Assembly: GCA_963665325.3 (NCBI GenBank)
Contig: CAXXWS020000002.1
Location: 384,001 to 448,000 of the forward strand
Length of the DNA: 64,000 nt
Direction of reading: 5' to 3'
DNA from: Alphaproteobacteria bacterium
GTDB lineage: Bacteria; Pseudomonadota; Alphaproteobacteria; Bin95
The notes under the pieces were generated by a model. That model had not been told where the DNA came from, made no database searches, and saw only the letters and a list, made by a program, of their open reading frames with translations. Positions 41,133 through 49,830 of the stretch are shown piece by piece. Position 1 is the first letter of the stretch, and the number at the start of each line of letters is the position of its first letter. Made by a program: the position numbers and the translations under genes.

Positions 41133-41780
41133 TTACGGGCCCGTCCAGTCGAACGGGATGTGCTTGGCCGAGTTGACGTCCCAGGAAAAGTTGAAGCCGA
41201 AGGCATCGACCTTGCACACGGTCGCCTTCCCCCAGGTCACCAATTGCGGTCCGGGTCCGGTTTCCGAGCCCGGTGCATTCGCCAGCCGGGGGTACTCGCC
41301 CGGATTGCTGGTCGGGCCGGTCAGCGCTTCCGCCCAGGCCGTGACCTTGCCGGCAATATCGACGCCCCAGCGCGACTGGTCGGGAGCGATCTCGAAGGAA
41401 ATCTTCGCGCGCTCGCTGCCGACGAGCGTCCGGCCTTCGGTGAACAGGGCGGCCACCTTGCCCATGAACCCGCCGGCGCGGCCGCCGATGATGGCGGTCA
41501 AGGCTTCGGCCTGGGCGTCGTCGGCGCGGTCATCGATGAAGACGCCGGCACGGCCCTTGACCCTGCCGGCCCACAGATCGCCGTCCCAGCGGCCGACGCG
41601 CACGAATGCGAGATCGTCCAGGACCGTGTCCCCGTAATGCCCGCGCCTGACATGCCAGAAGAGCACCGATTCGCAAAACTCATTGTCCGGCGCCTGCGCG
41701 AAGGTGCAGGGGCAGGCGACGGCGCAGCTGCAATTGTCGAACCAGTCTCCGACGATGTGCCAACTCGGCGTATCCGGCAT
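41133..41780 (-). CDS. DUF1326 family protein
   Basis: W..GDWFDNCSCAVACPC, C...LFWHV..G.YG, IDDRADDAQ.EAL..I..GRAGG, FDWTGP. Confidence 0.88.
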   Translation of the reverse strand: MPDTPSWHIVGDWFDNCSCAVACPCTFAQAPDNEFCESVLFWHVRRGHYGDTVLDDLAFVRVGRWDGDLWAGRVKGRAGVFIDDRADDAQAEALTAIIGGRAGGFMGKVAALFTEGRTLVGSERAKISFEIAPDQSRWGVDIAGKVTAWAEALTGPTSNPGEYPRLANAPGSETGPGPQLVTWGKATVCKVDAFGFNFSWDVNSAKHIPFDWTGP

Positions 41781-41934
41781 GAGAGCCTCCCCGGTCGCTG
41801 CAATCTCGTCGCCGATGGTATGGGATAGCGGGCGAAGGGCACAACAGGGTTTGTGGCCGCGCGCGGACTGCCGAACGCCGATCGCATTTTCGTGTTGGCG
41901 ATATCGACCGGTTGTGCCGGCGCGCGGACACCTG

Positions 41935-42185
41935 CTGTTTCCAGAAAAATGACTCGTTATACGAAAGTACTCCTAAGCGCTTTCCGATCAATAAATTCAG
42001 CCCCAATTTGTCCCTCAGGGAAGAAGAAATCTGACTTATGAACACTATAGTCTTGTCATTGCACAATATTATTCTATTGCATATTCTTGCTACCAAAATT
42101 GCATATATTTGCTGTTATTTGAATGTTTGAGCGAAAAATTTATTTGTGGCAAACTGATTCGCCAATAACCTGACAATGGCTCTTG
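41935..42185. promoter_or_regulatory. AT-rich regulatory patch between DUF1326 and araC
   Basis: Abrupt drop to roughly 30-35% GC (by eye); contains palindromes such as caata-ttattc-tattg and tggcaaa-ctga-ttcgcca. Confidence 0.6.
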
Positions 42186-43118
42186 ATGTATCGGACAAGT
42201 CCGCCGCTGGGGAGAGGCAGAATGGTCGGTTTGACAGGAATTGGAAGAGCGAAATATGCGACCGGAACACGTCTCGGGACCAGCGCCGGCCGGGGGTGGA
42301 ACGGGTTGCTCGCGGAACGTTGGGCCCATTCGGAGGGCGATCTCGGGGAGGTTGAGCAGCACAACCTGGAGGTTATCGTCATGCTTCGCGGTTGCTTGCA
42401 CGTTCGGCGGCGGGGCGGCGGCCGACTGGAGTATCACGCTGCGGTGCCGGGTACGGTTTGGCTGTGCCCTCCCGGTATTCGTGAAGACATGATCCACTTG
42501 TACGGCGAAGTTCGCGAGAGCCTGCATCTCTACCTGCCCGCCTTGCCGCTTGCGGCGACGGCGCTCAGAGAAATCGATGTCGATCTCGACAATGTCTCGC
42601 TGCGGTACAAGGGAGGCTTTCGCGATCCTTTGGTCGAACAGGTCGCCAGGACGATTCACGCCGAGATGATCGACCCGGTGGCGGCGGGGAAATTACTGGT
42701 GGAAAGCCTGGCAGCCGCCCTCGGAGTCCATATCCTGCAGCATTACTCCAGCCTGGACTCGTCGCCGCTGCCGCTGCCAAGTGTCCGCGGCGCCCTCGAC
42801 CTCCGGCGGCTGCAGCGGGTCAAGGACTTCATCGAGGCTCATCTCGGTGACGACCTGACTATCGAAGCTCTTGCGAACGAAGCCTGCCTCAGCCCGTTTC
42901 ATTTCGCCCGGGCCTTCAGGGCGGCTACCGGGACGCCGCCGCATCGCTACCTGATGGACCGCCGCATCGCGCGGGCCGGGACGCTGATTGCCGAAGGCCG
43001 GCTGTCGCTCGCCCAGATCGCCGATGTGTGCGGGTTCTCCTCCCAGGCGCATTTCACGCGATGGTTCAAGCGAAGTGTCGGAGTCACGCCCGGCGTTTAC
43101 CGCGCGCAGTGTGAGTAG
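42186..43118 (+). CDS. AraC family transcriptional regulator
   Basis: RLQRVKDFIEAHL, LSPFHFARAF...G.PPHRY, LAQIA..CGFSSQAHFTRWF. Confidence 0.95.
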   Translation: MYRTSPPLGRGRMVGLTGIGRAKYATGTRLGTSAGRGWNGLLAERWAHSEGDLGEVEQHNLEVIVMLRGCLHVRRRGGGRLEYHAAVPGTVWLCPPGIREDMIHLYGEVRESLHLYLPALPLAATALREIDVDLDNVSLRYKGGFRDPLVEQVARTIHAEMIDPVAAGKLLVESLAAALGVHILQHYSSLDSSPLPLPSVRGALDLRRLQRVKDFIEAHLGDDLTIEALANEACLSPFHFARAFRAATGTPPHRYLMDRRIARAGTLIAEGRLSLAQIADVCGFSSQAHFTRWFKRSVGVTPGVYRAQCE

Positions 43119-43137
43119 TCTCTCGGCGAGCCGGAGA

Positions 43138-43175
43138 CAGCAAGGAAACGAAACGGTCCAGCAGGTCCGCGGGAT
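43138..43175 (+). promoter_or_regulatory. Putative AraC-type tandem operator (21-bp period)
   Basis: CAGCAAG at 43138 and CAGCAGG at 43159, just after the araC stop. Confidence 0.4.
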
Positions 43176-43317
43176 ACTTGACGCCTCCGCCCGGCGAAAA
43201 TCCGAAATGTGCCGAACACCGGAAGCGTCAGGGGGAACCCGGGTTCACGCGAACCGGCCGACCACGACGCTGACGGAGGAGGCACATGCCTGGAGCAATC
43301 AACGAGGACCGTTCAAC

Positions 43318-43758
43318 ATGCCAGTCGACATCGCTTCCGGGACGCCCGAAACCCTGACGGCAACGGTGCGCAACGAGTTGTCCGAAATCGCCCTTTTGGC
43401 GAAGAAGTTGGATGAGTTCGGCGTGCAAAACAATGTTCCTGCCAATGTGATTGACAACTTCAACTTGGCCCTCGAAGAACTCCTGACCAATGTCATTAGC
43501 CACGGATATGTTGAGAGCAACCAAGACTGCGAAATCAGAGTGAGTGTCGTCGTGGCCGGCCGCACTATGGCGGCTCGCATCGAGGACGATGCCAGGGCAT
43601 TCAACCCGTTGTTGATGCCGCTAGCGGATATCGGCGCGGCAATCGAAAAACATCCCTGCCAGGGGCTTGGCATCCATTTGGTCAGGACGGTCGTTGACAG
43701 CGTCACCTACGAGCGCCGTGACGAGTGCAACTGCGTCACGATCTCAAAGGCCTTCTAA
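43318..43758 (+). CDS. RsbW-like anti-sigma factor/ATP-binding protein (HATPase_c_2)
   Basis: LALEELLTNVISHGY, IEDDA.AFNP, GLGIHLVR..VD.V.YER. Confidence 0.85.
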   Translation: MPVDIASGTPETLTATVRNELSEIALLAKKLDEFGVQNNVPANVIDNFNLALEELLTNVISHGYVESNQDCEIRVSVVVAGRTMAARIEDDARAFNPLLMPLADIGAAIEKHPCQGLGIHLVRTVVDSVTYERRDECNCVTISKAF

Positions 43759-43785
43759 GGACCTGCGCGGGCCCTGCGGCGTCGG

Positions 43786-44460
43786 TCAGCCCCTGATGAC
43801 ATGCTCCTTGGTCACGACGAAGGCGAGACGGGCCTCGTCGATGAAAGCGGCTTCGTCGGCGCGAGTGTTCGCATAGGCCTCTGACGCTGCGGACGCCCGC
43901 ATGGCGTCCGTGTCGTCGAACCATGTGATGGCGAGCCCGTCCAGCGGCGGCTGCCTCCCGTCCCGGTAGGCGCCGGGGCGGACATGGTTCTGCACATAGC
44001 GGCGTATCTGCGCGATCCCGGCGGCGATGGGGCCGTGGGTGCCGCGCCAGTAGTCCTGGAAGGCTCCGACCTCCATGCCGGGCCTGCGCAGGATGAGTTC
44101 GATATTCTTCACCCCGTCCGCGGGCCGCTCGCCGTCCACGATGACATGCTCCTCGACCAGCAGGGTCGCCATGCTGTCCCGGTCGATGAAGCGAGCCTCG
44201 TCCTCGCAGAGCGCGTCGAATTCCGGGAGTGAGGCGTTGCGCCGGAGCGTCTCCATGTCCTCCCACCAGGTCTCGGCGACGCCGTCGCAGGCGAGTTCGC
44301 CCTTGCGGTAGCCGCCGGGCAGCGGGTGGTTCTGGCAGTAGCGCACCAGCCCCGGCATCTTCAGCACGGCCTTGGGATGTTCGTTCAGCCAGTAGGAGCG
44401 GAATGCCTCAAGCTCCATGCCGGGCTTGCGCTTGAAGACGATGGCGGCCTTGACGGTCAT
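43786..44460 (-). CDS. Tandem EthD-domain protein
   Basis: Two repeats of (K/R)(R/K)PGM...F..YW...H....RY.QNH....DG....W. Confidence 0.88.
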   Translation of the reverse strand: MTVKAAIVFKRKPGMELEAFRSYWLNEHPKAVLKMPGLVRYCQNHPLPGGYRKGELACDGVAETWWEDMETLRRNASLPEFDALCEDEARFIDRDSMATLLVEEHVIVDGERPADGVKNIELILRRPGMEVGAFQDYWRGTHGPIAAGIAQIRRYVQNHVRPGAYRDGRQPPLDGLAITWFDDTDAMRASAASEAYANTRADEAAFIDEARLAFVVTKEHVIRG

Positions 44461-44486
44461 TGCCGGTCCTTTCCCTTTTTCGATGC

Positions 44487-45245
44487 TCAGACGGTCAGGT
44501 AGCCGCCGTCGGCGGCAAGGGTGATGCCGGTGACGTATTGGGCCAGGTCCGAGACCAGGAAGAGCACCGGGCCGGCGATATCCTCCGGTGTGCCGTGGCG
44601 GCCCATCGGGATATGGCGCATCATCCGCTCCAGCGCTTCCGGCTTCTTCTGGATACCTTCCTCGTTGATCGGCGTGAAGATGAGGCCGGGTGCCACGGCA
44701 TTGACGCGGATGCCGAAGGGCCCGAGCTCCGCCGCCAGCCCCACGGTGAAGTTCTTCACCGCGCCCTTCGAGGTCGTATAGACGACCGAGTTGGGGGTGT
44801 GGACGTTGGACTGGATCGAGCCGGTATTGACGATCCGCCCCTTCGTTTCCTTCAACTGCTCCAGGAAGGCGTGGGTCATGTAGAACAGGGCGTTCACATT
44901 GACCGCCACCGTATCTTCCCAGTCCTGCCGCGCCGTGTTGGACGAGAGGCCTGCCCGGCGCACGATGCCGGCATTGTTGAACAGGATCGAGGCCGGGCCG
45001 ATCTCGATATGCACCCTGCCGGCGAGCGCTTGGCAGGCGTCCGCATCGGTGACATCCACCGAGTAGGCCCGCGCCGCCGGGCCGATTTCGCTGACGACCG
45101 CGTCGGCCTTCGCGCCGTCTATATCCACGACCGCGACCTGCGCGCCCGCCTCGGCGAGCACATGCGCCGTGCCGCGCCCGATGCCGGAACCGCCGCCGGT
45201 GATGACGGCGATATGCCCGTCCAGCAGGCCCTTGGGAACGATCAT
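44487..45245 (-). CDS. SDR family oxidoreductase
   Basis: TGGGSGIG, NNAG, YTTSK. Confidence 0.92.
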   Translation of the reverse strand: MIVPKGLLDGHIAVITGGGSGIGRGTAHVLAEAGAQVAVVDIDGAKADAVVSEIGPAARAYSVDVTDADACQALAGRVHIEIGPASILFNNAGIVRRAGLSSNTARQDWEDTVAVNVNALFYMTHAFLEQLKETKGRIVNTGSIQSNVHTPNSVVYTTSKGAVKNFTVGLAAELGPFGIRVNAVAPGLIFTPINEEGIQKKPEALERMMRHIPMGRHGTPEDIAGPVLFLVSDLAQYVTGITLAADGGYLTV

Positions 45246-46033
45246 CGCACCGCCTCTTCGTCCACCGGGACGGTGTACATCAGCGGCAGCCGCCCGCCTT
45301 CGGCAAAGATCACCTGCCCGGTGACATAGGAGGAATCATCGCTCGCAAGGAAGAGTGCGACGGAGGCGATCTCGTCCGGCTCGGCCGCGCGTCCGATAGG
45401 CGTGCGCGAGAGCACCTTGCGGCGCGATTCCGGCGAGGAGAACACCATCTCGCGCATGAGCTCGGTGTTGGTGGAGCCAGGCCCGACGGCGTTGACGCGG
45501 ATGCCCTTGTCGATGAGCGCCAGCGCCATGCCGGCCGTCATCAGGTTCACCGCCGCCTTGCTGGTGCAATAAGGAATCTGGGTCGGGATGACCCGCTTGC
45601 CTGCAATGGAGCCGATGGTGACGATGGCCCCGCCGTCGCCCTGCGCCGCCATCTGGCGCGCCGCTGCCTGGGTCGTCAGCATGACGCCGTTGACATTAAC
45701 CCGCATTACCCGGTCGAAGTCGGCTTCCTCCAGGTCGAGGAAGTCCGCCTCATAGCCGATGCCGGCATTGGCGACCGCGATGTCGAGCCGCCCGTAGCGC
45801 TCCACTGCGAGCGCCACCATGTCCTTGAGCTCGCCCGAGCGGGTCACGTCGCAGGTTGTCGCCGAGCACACGGCCGCGTCGTTCGAGATCGCGCGGGCGG
45901 CCGACTCGGCCTTGCCGCCGTCTATATCGGAGAGCAGCACCTTGGCGCCTTCGCGCACGAAGCGGGCGGCAATGGCCTTTCCGATCCCTTGTCCGGCTCC
46001 GGTGACGATGGCGACCTTGTTTTCGAGACGCAT
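45242..46033 (-). CDS. SDR family oxidoreductase
   Basis: TGAGQGIG, ANAG, YCTSK. Confidence 0.92.
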   Translation of the reverse strand: MRLENKVAIVTGAGQGIGKAIAARFVREGAKVLLSDIDGGKAESAARAISNDAAVCSATTCDVTRSGELKDMVALAVERYGRLDIAVANAGIGYEADFLDLEEADFDRVMRVNVNGVMLTTQAAARQMAAQGDGGAIVTIGSIAGKRVIPTQIPYCTSKAAVNLMTAGMALALIDKGIRVNAVGPGSTNTELMREMVFSSPESRRKVLSRTPIGRAAEPDEIASVALFLASDDSSYVTGQVIFAEGGRLPLMYTVPVDEEAVR

Positions 46034-46227
46034 GGCGGCTCCTTCGACGATGAAATTCTCGGGCAGCCCCACTATAGCCGAGCCGGCCGCTCGCCCGCCA
46101 CGACCCATGGAGCCGGCGGCTACTGCCGAACGCTGTACATCTGTCGGCAAGATGCCGTGTTATCGTTGCAATCGTCGGGAGAGACTCACCGGGTCCTCCG
46201 GCGGAAGGCAAGGATGCAAGGTGGCTC

Positions 46228-48195
46228 ATGCGCTACTCGGAGCCCGCGTTCGACCCATCCCTGGCGATGGTCTATCGGCAGGCCCGGGAAGCGGCCGGCT
46301 CCCCTGTCTCCGAGATGGACAGCTGGACCCTGGAACTGCTGGTCGGCGTGGACAGCGGGCTCGAGGCTCTGGACGCGCCTCTGCCAGGCCCCGGCCTGCA
46401 ACAGGTTGCCGACGCCGTCGGGGAGCGGACCGCTCGCCGCCATTCGACCTCTTGCCACACGGTCGGCGGCGACCTGGTCCGGGTCCTGCCCGCCTGGTTG
46501 CTGGACGACGGGCGCGGCGAACCGGGACGCAGTCTTTGCATTGTCTCCGGTCCGTTCGCGGCGAATGTCCACATTGCGGACGCGCTTACCACGAAGCCGT
46601 TTCCGGCCAAGCGGCTGCGAACTTACGTCCTGCGCCGCCGCCGGCCCTCGAAACGGCGCCGGCGAAGGCTGGCGGCGGAAGCGGACCTCCTGCTCGCGTC
46701 ACTGGAACGGGTCCTCGGCGAGGTGCCGGAAAGCGCCGGCCTTCTTCGGCGGATGGCCGACTATCCCGCCGATGCGGAGCGCGAGGCGCTGGCGGTCTGG
46801 AACGGCTTCGTCGACGAGTGCCGGAACAGGGTAGGGCGACAGGCGCTCAAGGCCGGGTTGACACTGGAGGGGCTGGCGCTCGTCGCGCAAGGCCGCGACG
46901 GGGGGAGGGACCGGCAGTGGTTCCTTCAGCATTACCCCTGGGCTTTCGCTGCGGCGCTGGAGACCGTCGATGCCGAACAGCTGCTGTGCGGCATCGACAG
47001 GAACCGGGCCAACGCGCGCGCTGTGGCGGAGCGGTTGCTCTGCTGCCGGCGGCTCGAGGAATGCCCGAAGGCGCGCTATGTGGCGCGGCGGATGCCGAAA
47101 TACCGTGCCGACCCGGGCCTGCTGCATGTGCTGGGCCGGTATGGCGGGCGGCAGGACACCCGGCTCCGCGGGATATTGCTGGAAGCGAATGCGCGCGACC
47201 GCGGCGCATTGCTGGCGCATGTCCTCCGCGACAGCGCAAGGACGCGCAGGCAACTCGGTTTCGCGGCGCAGGCCATCGTTCGTGCAGGAGAACTGGGCGG
47301 GGACATGAAAACGCGCCACGAGGGCGGCGTGCTGGCATTCCGCAGCTTCGCCTGGAGCGGCCACGACCCCGCCGGCGCCGATCCGGCGCTGCTGGTCGAA
47401 GGGCTCGCCGCGGTCTCGGCCGATTGCCTGGCCGGCTTCGCGGTCCGCTTCTTGGACGATACGGCCGACACGGTGGAGCCGGATCCGGTCGATTGCGGGA
47501 TTCTCGTGCTGACAGGCCTGCTGCAAGGGGCCGGCCGGCCCGAACTGACGGGAAGGCAACTGCTCGCGTTCGCGGAAGGGGCGGCGGCCCGCTGCATCCA
47601 TCTCATTCAAATTCTCGAACGCGCCGATATCGGCTCCCAATGGCCCGATCCGCCCGGTTGGAGCGCCGGTGCCGGGGGCGATGAAATACTGTTTCTGGCG
47701 ACCCCCGACGCAGTGCGCCGGGAGGGCAAGGCGATGGAGAACTGCCTGCGTTATGCCGAGTCCTACATTCACGGAGCGGCCACGGGCCGCTTGGCCTTGT
47801 TCTCGATCCGGGCGCCGGGCGGCGCGCAAGCGACGCTCAGCCTTGCAGCCGTCCAGAGCCTCGACAGGGACGGCATCCGGGTCGACGGCTACGAAATCGA
47901 CGAACTCCGCGGCTTCGCCAACAGGGAACCCGACCCCGCCTGCCGGGCCATCGCGGAACGGGTCGCGAGCAGCCAGAACGACTACTGCCCCCGCGTTCTG
48001 GCGCCGGAAGAGGCGCTCCGCCGCGCGCAGGTCCGCCGGACGCTGAACGAGCGCCGGAGTTTCAACGAAGACCCCGATGTCGCCGTGGAACGCTGGCGCG
48101 AACTCTACATGCCGCTCCTGCCCAGGCGCTTCGCCGAACTCTCCCCGCAGAAGGTGGTGGAGGAGTGGTTCCGGAAGCGCGCCGGGGGCGCTTGA
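46228..48195 (+). CDS. Large hypothetical protein with C-terminal PcfJ-like domain
   Basis: L.TPDAVRREGKAMENCL..Y......LFSIR...ATL....ELRGFAN matches the PcfJ pattern EG..M.HC...Y...S.R...T.E...Q..G..N; the N-terminal ~480 aa are unrecognised. Confidence 0.7.
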   Translation: MRYSEPAFDPSLAMVYRQAREAAGSPVSEMDSWTLELLVGVDSGLEALDAPLPGPGLQQVADAVGERTARRHSTSCHTVGGDLVRVLPAWLLDDGRGEPGRSLCIVSGPFAANVHIADALTTKPFPAKRLRTYVLRRRRPSKRRRRRLAAEADLLLASLERVLGEVPESAGLLRRMADYPADAEREALAVWNGFVDECRNRVGRQALKAGLTLEGLALVAQGRDGGRDRQWFLQHYPWAFAAALETVDAEQLLCGIDRNRANARAVAERLLCCRRLEECPKARYVARRMPKYRADPGLLHVLGRYGGRQDTRLRGILLEANARDRGALLAHVLRDSARTRRQLGFAAQAIVRAGELGGDMKTRHEGGVLAFRSFAWSGHDPAGADPALLVEGLAAVSADCLAGFAVRFLDDTADTVEPDPVDCGILVLTGLLQGAGRPELTGRQLLAFAEGAAARCIHLIQILERADIGSQWPDPPGWSAGAGGDEILFLATPDAVRREGKAMENCLRYAESYIHGAATGRLALFSIRAPGGAQATLSLAAVQSLDRDGIRVDGYEIDELRGFANREPDPACRAIAERVASSQNDYCPRVLAPEEALRRAQVRRTLNERRSFNEDPDVAVERWRELYMPLLPRRFAELSPQKVVEEWFRKRAGGA

Positions 48196-48245
48196 CCAGG
48201 GCGCGCCCCGCTGCCCATATCGGAGGGACGGCAGCGGGAGGCGGC

Positions 48246-48959
48246 ATGGAAGATTTTTCGGGATTGGGCCGGAAACGGCTAGAGCGGATGGCCGCCGCCG
48301 GGCGCGAGGTGCGCGAGGCGGTCCGAGTGCTGGCGAACACGAACGACCATGTGGTCGGAGAGGTGCTGCGCCACCAGGACCCGTTCGAGGTCTGGGACCA
48401 TTACCCGAAGGGCGACGTGTACGACTGGAACACGCACAGCCAGTATTATTTCCACGCCCATCCGCCGTCCGAAAACCGCTTCCCGGAGCACGGTCATTTC
48501 CACACGTTCCTGCGGCCGAAGGGCATGCCGGTGGGCGTGAAGCCCGCACCGGTGGACAGCTTCGCCATGCCGGAGGACCCGGATGACGCGCTCAGCCACC
48601 TGGTCGCCATTTCGGTGGATGAGGAAGGCCGGCCGCTGCGCCTGTTCACCACCAACCGCTGGGTTACGGGCGAGGTCTGGTACACGGCGCGCGATGCGAT
48701 CCGCATGCTGGACCTGTTTAATATCGACCACGCCCGGCCCTCATGGCCGGCGAACCGCTGGGTGACGGCGATGGTGGCGCTCTTCCGCCCGCAGATCGAG
48801 AAGCTGTTGAAGGAGCGCGACACCCGCATCGAACTGCACGCCCGCTTCCGCCCCGACGGCGATGTTTACGAAGACAAGGAGCTGGAAGTGACGTCAGCCG
48901 TCGATATCGCGGTGGACGAGCAGATCGAAGCCGTCGAGGCGGCACTGGCGGCGGCTTGA
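48246..48959 (+). CDS. DUF6969-like His-rich protein
   Basis: WDHYP.GDVYD, QYYFHAH, EHGHFH.F, HLVAIS.D..G.P..LFTTNRWVTGE.W. Confidence 0.75.
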   Translation: MEDFSGLGRKRLERMAAAGREVREAVRVLANTNDHVVGEVLRHQDPFEVWDHYPKGDVYDWNTHSQYYFHAHPPSENRFPEHGHFHTFLRPKGMPVGVKPAPVDSFAMPEDPDDALSHLVAISVDEEGRPLRLFTTNRWVTGEVWYTARDAIRMLDLFNIDHARPSWPANRWVTAMVALFRPQIEKLLKERDTRIELHARFRPDGDVYEDKELEVTSAVDIAVDEQIEAVEAALAAA

Positions 48960-49034
48960 CCGGCTTTTCGTTCGTTCCTACCTTGCCGGCAGCCTTTCCT
49001 CGCTGGCCCGTTCTGCAAGGCCGGAGGGCGCAGG

Positions 49035-49349
49035 ATGCACGAACGCATTTCACGAAAACGCGCCGAGATCGCCGCTTTGTGCGCGCGCTATCGCATCTTG
49101 CGGCTGGAGGTCTTTGGGTCTGGCGCGCGCGGCCACGACTTCGATCCCGAGCGAAGCGACATCGACTTGCTCGTCACTTTTGCGCCGGGCACGCGATACG
49201 ATCTCGATCTTCACATGAGTCTGGAAGAGGCTTTGCAGCAACTCTTCGGCAGGCCGGTCGATCTGCTGACGCGAGAGACAATCGAGTCGAGTCGAAACTA
49301 TCTCCGCCGCCGCAATATTCTGGCCGAAGCCCAGCCTGTCTTCGGTTGA
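49035..49349 (+). CDS. MntA-type minimal nucleotidyltransferase antitoxin (type VII TA)
   Basis: FGSGARG......SDIDLLV (GS..DxD) and GRPVDL; paired with a HEPN gene. Confidence 0.9.
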   Translation: MHERISRKRAEIAALCARYRILRLEVFGSGARGHDFDPERSDIDLLVTFAPGTRYDLDLHMSLEEALQQLFGRPVDLLTRETIESSRNYLRRRNILAEAQPVFG

Positions 49350-49361
49350 ATTGAATCGGAA

Positions 49362-49712
49362 ATGACAGAGAAGCGGGACTTGGTGCTGCTGCTCGACATG
49401 CTGCAGGCGGCGCAGGATGCGCGCGGCTTCGTCGCCGGAATGAGTCGCGACGAATTCTACAGCAGCAGGCTCCACCAGAATGCCGTGATCCGTTCGCTAG
49501 AGGTGATAGGCGAGGCTGCGGGGAAGGTGTCGTCCGAGACGGTTGGTGCCCAACCCGGCATTCCCTGGAGCAAGATAACCGGTATGCGCCATCGCCTCAT
49601 CCACGACTATTCCGGTGTGCGGATGGACCTTGTCTGGAGCGTGATAGACGCGGAGCTCGATCCTCTGATCTGTGCCCTGGAGGCCCTGGTCTCCGACGAG
49701 GACGGGCCGTGA
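49362..49712 (+). CDS. HepT/DUF86 HEPN RNase toxin
   Basis: LEVIGEAA, IPW..I.GMRHRLIHDY (RX4HXY). Confidence 0.92.
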   Translation: MTEKRDLVLLLDMLQAAQDARGFVAGMSRDEFYSSRLHQNAVIRSLEVIGEAAGKVSSETVGAQPGIPWSKITGMRHRLIHDYSGVRMDLVWSVIDAELDPLICALEALVSDEDGP

Positions 49713-49830
49713 CAGGCGGCGGTTCCCTGGGCCGCGGCGGACTAAATCCATACCGGCACTTGGAACCAAGGCTGTATGGCGCCGCACCCTCGTCCGGAAC
49801 TTGAGGCTGCCGTCGGCGGGAAAGTAGCGA

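Noticed and set aside
42155-42175. Sigma54 promoter TGGCAAACTGATTCGC upstream of araC
   Set aside because: The GG-to-GC spacing is 11 rather than 10; better read as an imperfect palindrome
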